In this document: positions 10,173-19,387 of the stretch, one piece after another | How positions within the stretch are numbered: position 1 is the first letter of the stretch | How the letters are laid out: each line of letters starts with the position of its first letter | Origin: Giardia intestinalis | Lineage: Eukaryota | Direction: 5' to 3' (one strand) | Assembly: GCA_000002435.2 (NCBI GenBank) | Contig: CM018793.1 | Length of the DNA stretch: 64,000 bases | The notes under the pieces: model-generated | What the model was told of the DNA's origin: nothing | Database searches by the model: none | The model's input: the letters and a program-made list of their open reading frames with translations, nothing else | Program-made: the position numbers and the translations under genes

Positions 10173-12124
10173 GGCCCGGGTCTTTATTTTTATCCCGGCC
10201 CGGGGCTGCCCGCGGGCTGCACTTTCGGGGCTTGAATAGACACTCAATAGGCCACCGAGTAGCGCAAGATAGGTCTCATAATTGTACTAGCATCAAAGTA
10301 GACTATTGGTCTTCAGGCTAATTCATATGCAAACTTTCACGCCTATATCTCCTTCTACTCCTAATAGGATCCTCGAACCCATTAGATTATGCATATAAAA
10401 GGATGTGCTTCTCCAATAGGGATGAGACAACTAGAAGTATCAACGTCCATTGTGGCTACAACACACGTAGAAGAACCAAGGGATTAGTAAGCTTGGCAGC
10501 CTACGCATATAACAACCGTTAGTCATGATAATTTCAGAGAATTCTTACTGGATGTGAAGGAGGTGACCAGAATAAGGGTGACGTGATTAATCTTCTGGTG
10601 GCAGCAATTATAATGATCGATAGTGCGCTAGGCTGCGGCAGAGCAGAAGGCCACGCCGGGCGCCGTGATGTCGTTGGCAGCATTCTGCTTTGCAGCGAGT
10701 GCCATTGTGGCGACTGAGCCTCTGTTTGCAACCAGAGCAGCCGGGCTATCTGGAGCGATACATGCAGAAAAAAGCCTCACCAATGTCGTTGCGCCACGTA
10801 GTTCCGCCGCAGCCACACCGTTAATCCTGTCGGTTACGGCCTGCACAGCAGAGAGTCGGCGCCGGTCAACTTGCGCGCCCGCTTGCATGTGAGAAGCACC
10901 TGGAAAGTGTCGCTCGCTGTAAGAAGCCTGGGGAAGGCCGCCGGGCCAGCGGGGGCAGCCACGGATTGACCGACGAAGCGGCTCGATGGGCTGGGAATGC
11001 GCATGCGTCAGCCCTCAGATTCTCCAGCAGCGGAAGGCAAGCGCTGAAAGGCTCTCCGCAGCCCTTGCCAAAGCCCAGCAGCATGCACAGCAGCGCTGTA
11101 CCACACGCATAAACGCTCAGAAACGGAGCTGCGCCGGTGCCCAGGGGAGCGGTCAAGACGTCCCGCACAGTGTCTACGCCCCCGGTGACACAGAGCTCCG
11201 CAAGGGCTGCTCCGAATGTGGTGGCGTCGAGTAAATGCGCGCACACAAGACACAGCAGCAGCCTCGTTGTAGGCCAGTTGAGGACGCACTCGCTGCTCCA
11301 CCCCGAGCTGTAGGTCTGACAGCAGGACGATCCGCTCCAGCCTCTCGGGCCCCTCCCCTGCTGTGCGCGTTGCAAGGCTCGCTGCGAAGGCACACGAGGC
11401 AGGGCCGCGCCGTGCATCCTCGAGCAGGCCGTCACTCAGCGCCAGCAGCTCCGCGTCCTGCACGACGCCGCCGGTGGCGTGGTAGTTCGCCATCAGGGAG
11501 CGCAACGAAGACGCAAGCATGAGCCCTCCTCGGCAGCCTCTCCGGTTGTCCGCCTGTCCGGGAATTATTCTTGCCAAATTGCATACGATTGCATTTTGAG
11601 ATTTCGTCTCCTTCCGTGGTGGACTGGAGCTTCAGCGTAGCGTCGTGTCTCCCGGGCCCGTCCACGCAGTGGCAGGCTACAGAGCCCGTTTGGCTGTCGC
11701 ACAATGTACTGGCCTACCGGGCACGCTGGGCAGCATCTTAGCGCCTCCGACGACGAGGAGCCACTGGCCCTGGACTGCACCACTAGGTCGCCTATCGGGC
11801 ACGCGCATGCTTCTTTCCGGATCCCGTCCATCCAGCTGCCAGCCCCGGAGGCGGAGCAGGTCGGGAGGCACCCTTCTGGCGAGAGCACGACAGGCAGCAA
11901 GGGCCAGCAGCCTTGCCATGGTCGCCCTCCTCGGCAGAGAGCCCGGCCCATCGCCCACTCCCCGCGGCCTCCGAAGAGTCCTCGCCTCCTGGTCCACCGG
12001 TCCGCATGCGTATCTACTTGCCACGTTATAGTAGCGAAGCCCCTCACCTGTCTGGCTATTCTTCACTCGACGTGGAAGGTGTTTACATGCGTAATGCACC
12101 GGCCGTGGACCAAATCTTAAGTTT

Positions 12125-13453
12125 ATGGCGCCCAGGGCGTCGTCGCCGGCGGAGGCTCCCTCCTTTCCGCCTGTGTCCTCTGCGCTGCAGATGCTTGTGC
12201 GGCCGCCTGTTCCAGCGTCAACCGGCGGGCATGACCCCGGTGGGGCGAGTCGTCTCCGAGAGGGACGCAGAGCCTGCGACCTGCGTTCTAGGCTGGGCCT
12301 TCTTCTGGGCCAGGCTGACGCGATGTCGGGGAGAAGCCGAGTGGGCCCGGAGACGCACTGCGCAAGGCTCCACCAGCTTCTAGCGCGGCTCGCAAGGCTG
12401 CAGGAAACAGACCGCTTGCTGGACGCCATTGAGTGTTCGAGTGCCTGCATGGCACAGATCAGCGACCTGGCCTGCCTCCGGTGCCTTCTTCGCGCACACT
12501 CCGCCCTAAGCATATCCCCGCCTCCGGCTGGCCGTGGCGTCTCTCTAGAGAGGCAGCGGCAGTGCATAGCGTCGTCCATCTGTGAGCACTTTTCAGCAGG
12601 AATCCGAGGGGCGCTGGACAGGATCCTTGCTTCGCGCCTCCGCGCCTGCCACGAGACGCGCGCTCAAGCGCATCTTACAAAGCCAGAGGCCTCCGACCAG
12701 CTGGCTAGCCTCCTGTCCGGCCTCCGTGTGGAGGATGCTGCCCCCATTTCGGCGCACTGGAGCGACCAGCTCTTCTACACGGCTCTCTGCCGCGAAGCAG
12801 CCGTTGTCTGCGAGTCCCTGTCTTCACTCGCCCTTTCGGTGTCGGAACAGGTTAGGCGCCGTATGCACCTGGGCGACAGCGGACCCTTGACTGCGCTGCT
12901 CCACGCCGCGAGGTCTTTCGTTTCTGCGTGCGAGCACGCCTTTTCTGTGTCCTTCCCGACTGGGCTGATGAGTGAGAGCGGAGAGGCAGGCCTTTTGCTG
13001 AGCGGGATCGAAGAGACGGGGCCCTACTTTTCTGCGCGATTGAAGCTGGCCCGAGCAAGGGAGCGGCCTCGTTTAATCGGGCGGCTGTTCGGTCGGTCCG
13101 CTGCGTCCCCCATCGAGGCATATGTAGAGCGTATTCGTCAAAACTTCAGCGGCCCTGCAGCATGGGCTCCCCCCTACCCAGAGCCGGGCCAGAGCCTTAT
13201 GTCTGACAGCTCTGCTGCGAGGCGGTGGCACACTACCGGCGCAGGCCAGCTCTTCGTCGACTTCCTTGTTTTGTTTCTGGGGTCAATCTTTGATGCATTT
13301 ACTCTCGGGGATCAGATTGCAACCTTCCCCTCTATAGGCCTGTATCTCAGCAACAATCCAGTGGCGGAGGAAGGCGGGCTATTCGCACGGGTCTTCGCTA
13401 CATACTCAGGAATGGTTGCCAGTGAAGCAGGGAGTCTAAGGGCTATCGAGTAG
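12125..13453 (+). CDS. hypothetical protein, GC-rich gene
   Basis: Longest ORF (442 aa) in the GC-rich block. The ATG context is fairly AT-rich (aaatcttaagtttATGG) and the second half looks protein-like. Alternative-frame ORFs overlap it, as expected in 70% GC DNA. Confidence 0.4.
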   Translation: MAPRASSPAEAPSFPPVSSALQMLVRPPVPASTGGHDPGGASRLREGRRACDLRSRLGLLLGQADAMSGRSRVGPETHCARLHQLLARLARLQETDRLLDAIECSSACMAQISDLACLRCLLRAHSALSISPPPAGRGVSLERQRQCIASSICEHFSAGIRGALDRILASRLRACHETRAQAHLTKPEASDQLASLLSGLRVEDAAPISAHWSDQLFYTALCREAAVVCESLSSLALSVSEQVRRRMHLGDSGPLTALLHAARSFVSACEHAFSVSFPTGLMSESGEAGLLLSGIEETGPYFSARLKLARARERPRLIGRLFGRSAASPIEAYVERIRQNFSGPAAWAPPYPEPGQSLMSDSSAARRWHTTGAGQLFVDFLVLFLGSIFDAFTLGDQIATFPSIGLYLSNNPVAEEGGLFARVFATYSGMVASEAGSLRAIE

Positions 13454-13543
13454 AGCCATTACTCTGTCCCGACGAGCCGATCCCGCCTGCCACTCGTCGC
13501 CCGTGCAGCACTGTCCCTCCGGGCACACGACAAGGCGCCTCGT

Positions 13544-15691
13544 GTGCGACCAGGCCAGCGGGCTCCCCCCTGGGGCAGCCCTCGGAGTGGGAGTCTCAGA
13601 GAGGAGGCCGCCGGGGCACCCCCACCCGCTGCGCGCAATCCGGTCCACACCACAGCCTCTCTACTGATACCCCTGTTCGTGGTGAGCGCGCTTGCAGTAA
13701 CCTGCCAGACCGGCAAGTGCGAGACGGTCGGATCAGCCGAGATTTGCACCCAGTGCAGGGCCGGGGGCGTCCCGGTCGACGGCTTCTGCTGGCCCCCCGG
13801 CTCCCCCCAGGCCGCGGCAGCCGGGTGCACCGAGGAAGACGGGGCTACCCTCGACAAGACGGCAACCACCTGCGGGAAGTGCGGCGACGGGTACTTCCTC
13901 TTCATGGGAGGGTGCTACAAGGTAGGACAAGATCCTGGCAGTGAGATATGCACAACAGCCAGTGATGGAGTGTGTACTACTTGTAAGACAGATAACGGCC
14001 TGTTCAAGAACCCGGCTACAGCACCGAAGCCTGGTAGTGAGTGCATCCTGTGCTCTGATATCAAGGGAGCAGATGGATATACGGGAGTAGAGAACTGCGC
14101 ACAGTGTACCAAGTCAGACAGTAACAAGGGGGCTGCCACGTGTACAGAATGCCAAGATGGATATTATAAAGATGCTAAAGGCGCATGTGTACAATGCCAG
14201 GGGAACTGCGCCACTTGTGAGACATCGGCGACCCAGTGTACCTCTTGTAAAGCGGGCTTCTATCTGAAGGACGGCAATAGCTGTGTGGCAGAAGGAGAAT
14301 GCACAAACACCGTTTATCCTGACCCAGAGTCGGGGAAGTGCAAGGCATGTAGTACAATAACTGATTGCACAGAATGCTCCTTCGACAAGGCCACGGGGAA
14401 GCCTCAGTGCACAGCCTGCGGTAGTCAGAAGACCCCCAGGACGACCCTTGATGGGACCTCGACCTGCGTCGATAAAACGCTTGACGGGTGCAAGGGCGCT
14501 GACGGGGCCTTATTTATGAAGGACGATACCACATGCGCCCTTTGCGGCGATGCGTCCCCTGGCGCTGGCGCAAACGATAAGGGGATTGCCGGGTGTAAGA
14601 CATGTACTAAGCAGCAAAGTCAGAAACCAGAATGCACAAGTTGTTTGGATGGATACTTCTTTGAACAGTCATCAAAGACTTGTTCGGCTTGTGCCTCCAA
14701 CTGTGCCACCTGCACGTCAGCTGATGTGTCAACTTGTACTGAGTGCCTTCCTGGGTACTTCCTAAAAACCGAGGGTGAAACGAAGTGTGCTGCATGCGAC
14801 AGTACACCAGATGGTGGCCGCGAAGGGTGCAGTCTATGTTCTAGCAACGGTGGATTTAAGTGCACTGAATGTAAGCCTAACTATAAGAAGCAGTCCAATG
14901 GAGGAGCAGGGGATGACTATACGTGTACAAAGGTGTGTGAAGACCCCACTGCTTGTGGGGGGACAGCTGGCTCTTGTGATGCCATAGTGATCGGTGCTGA
15001 TGGAAAGGAGCTTCACTATTGCTCATACTGTGGGGAGAGTACTAAGGTACCAATTGATGGCATCTGTGCTACTGATAAGAAAGGTAATACTTGTAACAGT
15101 CATACATGTACACAGTGTGCTCAAGGGTACTTCTTATACATGAATGGCTGTTACAAGGTTGGTCAAGAACCAGGTAGTCATATGTGCAAGACAGCAGGTA
15201 ATACTGGGATATGCACAGAAGCGGCCAACAATAGATACTTCGTAGTCCCAGAGGCAACCAATGCTCAGCAGTCTGTACTAGCATGTGGTAACCCATTAGG
15301 CACACTAATAGGTACTCAAGACAATGCTAAGGCATACGTGGGGGTCGAGGGCTGCTCCCAGTGTACAGCCCCAGTAGCTCTGACTGAGGCTGGTATGGCT
15401 GCCGCTACATGCACCTCCTGTGACAGTGATAAGAAGCCCAACAAGGATGGCACCGGGTGTGTGCTGTGCTCTGTGGGTGATTGCAAGAGCTGTGTGGTGG
15501 ATGATGTGTGTGGGGAGTGTGTTGATGGGTACAGTCTAGACAGCAGTGGGACCTCCTGTGTGTCTATGAGTACCAACAGGAGCGGGCTCTCCACGGGGGC
15601 CATCGCGGGGATCTCCGTCGCTGTGGTCGTCGTCGTGGGGGGCCTCGTGGGCTTCCTCTGCTGGTGGTTCATATGTAGAGGGAAGGCATGA
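13544..15691 (+). CDS. Variant-specific surface protein (VSP) copy V1; has a signal-peptide-like N-terminal region but no in-frame ATG, so possibly a pseudogene
   Basis: Classic VSP: SLLIPLFVVSALAVTCQTGKCETVG...CTQC..GGVPVDGFC, many CxxC motifs, GGCY motifs, a TM segment (AIAGISVAVVVVVGGLVGFLCWWF) and a CRGKA tail. The ORF-track start is GTG. The signal-peptide codons begin at about 13656 but the Met position is tct (Ser). The 5' 380 bp are GC-rich. Confidence 0.8.
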   Translation: MRPGQRAPPWGSPRSGSLREEAAGAPPPAARNPVHTTASLLIPLFVVSALAVTCQTGKCETVGSAEICTQCRAGGVPVDGFCWPPGSPQAAAAGCTEEDGATLDKTATTCGKCGDGYFLFMGGCYKVGQDPGSEICTTASDGVCTTCKTDNGLFKNPATAPKPGSECILCSDIKGADGYTGVENCAQCTKSDSNKGAATCTECQDGYYKDAKGACVQCQGNCATCETSATQCTSCKAGFYLKDGNSCVAEGECTNTVYPDPESGKCKACSTITDCTECSFDKATGKPQCTACGSQKTPRTTLDGTSTCVDKTLDGCKGADGALFMKDDTTCALCGDASPGAGANDKGIAGCKTCTKQQSQKPECTSCLDGYFFEQSSKTCSACASNCATCTSADVSTCTECLPGYFLKTEGETKCAACDSTPDGGREGCSLCSSNGGFKCTECKPNYKKQSNGGAGDDYTCTKVCEDPTACGGTAGSCDAIVIGADGKELHYCSYCGESTKVPIDGICATDKKGNTCNSHTCTQCAQGYFLYMNGCYKVGQEPGSHMCKTAGNTGICTEAANNRYFVVPEATNAQQSVLACGNPLGTLIGTQDNAKAYVGVEGCSQCTAPVALTEAGMAAATCTSCDSDKKPNKDGTGCVLCSVGDCKSCVVDDVCGECVDGYSLDSSGTSCVSMSTNRSGLSTGAIAGISVAVVVVVGGLVGFLCWWFICRGKA

Positions 15692-15698
15692 CTCAGGT

Positions 15699-15705
15699 AG
15701 TGAAT
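15699..15705 (+). terminator. Giardia-type polyadenylation signal AGTGAAT (AGTRAAY) 8 nt after the VSP stop codon
   Basis: The same motif sits at the same offset after every intact VSP stop, at 17496, 19387, 21261, 23152, 25043 and 26917. Confidence 0.6.
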
Positions 15706-15844
15706 GCTATACAATGTGTGATAGTGTGTGATAATGGGTGATAGAGGGTGATAGTGGAGTGAGATATGTACAAAGGCCAGTAATGGACTGTGCACTGCTT
15801 GTAAGACAGATAACAAGTACATATTCCAGAACAGGGCAGACAAG

Positions 15845-17488
15845 GTGACCCCTGGTAGTGAGTGCATCCTCTGTCATGATGCCACGGGAGCGAATGAGAA
15901 CAAAGGAGTGGCCAACTGCCTCAAGTGCACGGCACCTGGTGGCAATACAGGACCTGCCACGTGTACAGAGTGTCAAGCAGGGTTCGTTACGAAGGACAGT
16001 GCATGTGAGAAGTGCGGAGAGGGCTGCTCTGCCTGCTCAGAGAGTGATCCAAATCAATGCTCGGCATGCCTTGAGGGGAAGTATCTGAAGGGTAATGCAT
16101 GTGTAGGACCCACTGAATGTGGTGATGGTAAGTATGCAGATCCAACAACAGGCCAATGCAAGGCATGTGGAATACCTGACTGCGCCACCTGTGAGTACAA
16201 TGCAACTATTAGTCAACCACAGTGTAAGACCTGCAATAGCAATAAGATGGTGAAGACAGCGGCAGACGGGACGACCACTTGTGTCGATGATGGTGGATGT
16301 ACAAATGGCAATACGCACTTTGTTGAAGGTACTAGCCCAAAGCTTTGTGTCCCGTGCGGTGATACTACAAATGGTGGGATTCTAGGTTGTAGTACTTGCT
16401 CCTCTAAAACTACATGTACAAAGTGCCTCGACGGATATTACGATAATGATGATAGTCAAGATACAGCTACGTGTGTCGCTTGTGGTGGACAAAATTGTGA
16501 GACATGTGCTAAGGCTACGAGTGATAAATGCACGACCTGTAAGCCTGGATTCTTCTTGAAGGATAGCTCCTCTGGTGAGTGCATCTCATGTAGTGACACA
16601 GCAAATGGTGGTCGCGAAGGCTGCAGTGTCTGCTCGAATGATAGTGGATTCAAGTGCACTGACTGTAAGCCTAACTATAAGAAGCAGCTTAATGGAGGAG
16701 CAGATGATGACTATACATGTGTGAAGACCTGTGAGGATGACACTGCTTGTGGTGGTACCTCTGGTGCTTGCGATGCCATAGTGATCAATGAGAATGGAAA
16801 GGAGCTTCACTACTGTTCATACTGTGGGGATAACAGTAAGTATCCTATAGATGGAAAATGTACAAATGTCAATGCTGGAAATACAGGATGCACCAATAAT
16901 GTCTGCAAGTCTTGTACTGCAGGGTACTTCCTCTATATGGGAGGGTGTTATAAGATTGGTGCAGAACCAGGCAACCTCATGTGCAAGACCGCTGAAGGTG
17001 GTAAGTGCACTGCTGTTAATGCCAATAATAGGTACTTCGTAGTCCCAGAGGCACAGGCTACTGATCAGTCTGTGTTGGCATGTGGCAACCCCCTTGGCAC
17101 ACTAGTAGGCACTGATAGTACCTCTAAGGCATATGTGGGGGTAGATGGCTGCTCCCAGTGTACAGCCCCAGTAGCTCTGACTGAGGCTGGTATGGCTGCC
17201 GCTACATGCACCTCCTGTGACAGTGATAAGGTGCCCAACAAGGATGGCACCGGGTGTGTGCTGTGCTCTGTGGGTGATTGCAAGAGCTGTGTGGTGGATG
17301 ATGTGTGTGGGGAGTGTGTTGATGGGTACAGTCTAGACAGCAGTGGGACCTCCTGTGTGTCTATGAGTACCAACAGGAGCGGGCTCTCCACGGGGGCCAT
17401 CGCGGGGATCTCCGTCGCTGTGGTCGTCGTCGTGGGGGGCCTCGTGGGCTTCCTCTGCTGGTGGTTCATATGTAGAGGGAAGGCATGA
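15845..17488 (+). CDS. VSP copy V2, 5'-truncated (no ATG or signal peptide); candidate silent or pseudogene copy
   Basis: In-frame VSP homology (ICTKASNGLCTACKTDNKYIFQ...) begins at about 15755, right after the spacer stop codons. The track start is GTG. Ends ...WWFICRGKA then TGA. Confidence 0.8.
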   Translation: MTPGSECILCHDATGANENKGVANCLKCTAPGGNTGPATCTECQAGFVTKDSACEKCGEGCSACSESDPNQCSACLEGKYLKGNACVGPTECGDGKYADPTTGQCKACGIPDCATCEYNATISQPQCKTCNSNKMVKTAADGTTTCVDDGGCTNGNTHFVEGTSPKLCVPCGDTTNGGILGCSTCSSKTTCTKCLDGYYDNDDSQDTATCVACGGQNCETCAKATSDKCTTCKPGFFLKDSSSGECISCSDTANGGREGCSVCSNDSGFKCTDCKPNYKKQLNGGADDDYTCVKTCEDDTACGGTSGACDAIVINENGKELHYCSYCGDNSKYPIDGKCTNVNAGNTGCTNNVCKSCTAGYFLYMGGCYKIGAEPGNLMCKTAEGGKCTAVNANNRYFVVPEAQATDQSVLACGNPLGTLVGTDSTSKAYVGVDGCSQCTAPVALTEAGMAAATCTSCDSDKVPNKDGTGCVLCSVGDCKSCVVDDVCGECVDGYSLDSSGTSCVSMSTNRSGLSTGAIAGISVAVVVVVGGLVGFLCWWFICRGKA

Positions 17489-17555
17489 CTCAGGTAGTGA
17501 ATGCTATACAATGTGTGATAATGGGTAATAGAGGGTGATAGTGTGATAGTGGAGT

Positions 17556-19379
17556 GTGATATGTACAAAGGCCAGTAATGGACTGTGCACTGCTTGTAAG
17601 ACAGATAACAAGTACATATTCCAGAACAGGGCAGACAAGGTGACTCCTGGTGGGGAGTGCATCTTGTGCTCTGATATCAAGGGAGCGAATGGATATACGG
17701 GAGTGGCCAACTGTCTCAAGTGTACGGCACCAGGGAATGCAGGACCTGCCACGTGTAATACCTGTCAAGAGGGGTACTTCCTAAACAACAAGCTTTGTAA
17801 GCCATGCGAGGGGAACTGTGCCACCTGTGAGACATCGGCGACCCAGTGCACATCGTGTCCAGAGGGGAAGTACCTCAATGGGAATCAATGTACTGATAGC
17901 TGTGGTAATGATAAGTATGCTGATCCAGAGTCTGGAACGTGCATGGCATGTAGTACAATAACTGATTGCACGGCATGCAAGTACAATGCGACTGTCAGTA
18001 AGCCCCAGTGCACTAACTGTGGCAGTAAGAAGGTGAAGACGGCCATCGATGGCACCACAACGTGCGTTGATGTGAGCTCTGGATGCCAGGATGCTGATCA
18101 CTTCAAGGCAGATGGTGATGCTGCGTGTGTCTTGTGCAGCGATACCAGCGGAGATAATGAGAACACAAATAAGGGACTGGAGGGCTGTAGTGCGTGCACA
18201 AAACCTAATAACAACCAACCACCCGCTTGTACCGGATGCTTACCCGGATATTACGATTCTGCGCCCGGCACCTTCAAGTGTAAGGCCTGTGCTCCCAACT
18301 GTGCCACCTGCACTCAAATTGGAGACGATAAGTGCTTGACCTGTAAGGAGGGGTTCTTCATGAAAGTCAGTGGCCCCGGTGAGTGCGTCCCTTGTAGTGA
18401 TACAGCTAAGGATGGCATCGATGGATGTGCAACGTGCACCTTCTCTAGCTCGTTGACCTGCAACTCCTGTAAGGTGAACTACAAGCAGAGCGGTACCCCT
18501 TCAACTGGGGTCACATGCACCAGGACTTGTGAAGATGATACGGCCTGCGGGGGTACCTCTGGTGCCTGCGATGCCATGATAATTGATGATAAGGGCACCA
18601 CAAAGCACTACTGTTCATACTGTGGGGATAGTTCACAAGCTCCTATAGATGGACTATGCACTAATAACAAAGAAAGTAATACTTGTACTAGTCATACATG
18701 TACATCATGTGCTGCTAACTACTTCCTCTATATGGGTGGCTGTTATAGCACTCAGAAGGCTCCTGGCAACTACATGTGCAAGACCGCAGGTAACAATGGG
18801 ATATGCACAGAAGCGGCCAACAATAGGTACTTCGTAGTCCCAGAAGCAACCAATGCTCAACAGTCTGTCCTGGCATGTGGTAACCCCCTTGGCACACTGA
18901 CAGGCACTGGTGATACTGCTAAGGCATACGTTGGGGTGGATGGCTGCTCCCAGTGCACAGCCCCAGCAGCTCCATCTGATGGTGGTATGACCCCCGCTGT
19001 GTGCACCTCTTGTGACAATAGTAAGAAGCCCAACCTGGCTGGGAGCGGGTGCTTCCCATGTGCCGTTGTTGGATGCTCGCACTGTGATATGGACAACAAG
19101 TGCTCCGCCTGCACAGAGGGGGGCAAGAGACCCAACAAGGAAGGGACAGCATGCTTTGAATGTAACGTGGAGGGGTGCGCTTATTGTAGTGGTGCTAATA
19201 AGTGTGAAGAGTGCAGCGATGGGTTCAAATTAGAGGGTGACAAGTGCGTGTCTTCTGGCACCAACAGGAGCGGGCTGTCTACTGGCGCCATCGCGGGCAT
19301 CTCCGTCGCTGTGGTCGTCGTCGTGGGGGGCCTCGTGGGCTTCCTCTGCTGGTGGTTCCTCTGCAGGGGGAAGGCGTGA
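17556..19379 (+). CDS. VSP copy V3 (type A, copy 1), 5'-truncated with no ATG
   Basis: 607-aa ORF whose start is GTG, immediately after a spacer TAG. Ends WWFLCRGKA. Nearly identical to copies at 21321 and 23212. Confidence 0.8.
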   Translation: MICTKASNGLCTACKTDNKYIFQNRADKVTPGGECILCSDIKGANGYTGVANCLKCTAPGNAGPATCNTCQEGYFLNNKLCKPCEGNCATCETSATQCTSCPEGKYLNGNQCTDSCGNDKYADPESGTCMACSTITDCTACKYNATVSKPQCTNCGSKKVKTAIDGTTTCVDVSSGCQDADHFKADGDAACVLCSDTSGDNENTNKGLEGCSACTKPNNNQPPACTGCLPGYYDSAPGTFKCKACAPNCATCTQIGDDKCLTCKEGFFMKVSGPGECVPCSDTAKDGIDGCATCTFSSSLTCNSCKVNYKQSGTPSTGVTCTRTCEDDTACGGTSGACDAMIIDDKGTTKHYCSYCGDSSQAPIDGLCTNNKESNTCTSHTCTSCAANYFLYMGGCYSTQKAPGNYMCKTAGNNGICTEAANNRYFVVPEATNAQQSVLACGNPLGTLTGTGDTAKAYVGVDGCSQCTAPAAPSDGGMTPAVCTSCDNSKKPNLAGSGCFPCAVVGCSHCDMDNKCSACTEGGKRPNKEGTACFECNVEGCAYCSGANKCEECSDGFKLEGDKCVSSGTNRSGLSTGAIAGISVAVVVVVGGLVGFLCWWFLCRGKA

Positions 19380-19387
19380 CTTAGGTA

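Noticed and set aside
9186-10235. 349-aa + strand ORF spanning the GC-rich island
   Set aside because: It overlaps two minus-strand genes that have proper AT-rich initiators and recognisable protein features (FOR20-like). Its sequence is Arg/Gly/Ala/Pro-rich and low-complexity, as expected for a stop-poor antisense frame in 70% GC DNA.
9170-13900. GC-rich block as rDNA or a telomere-adjacent repeat
   Set aside because: No rRNA signature sequences are present (for example GTGCCAGCAGCCGCGGTAA is absent) and there are no TAGGG telomeric arrays. The block instead contains ordinary genes with AT-rich initiators.
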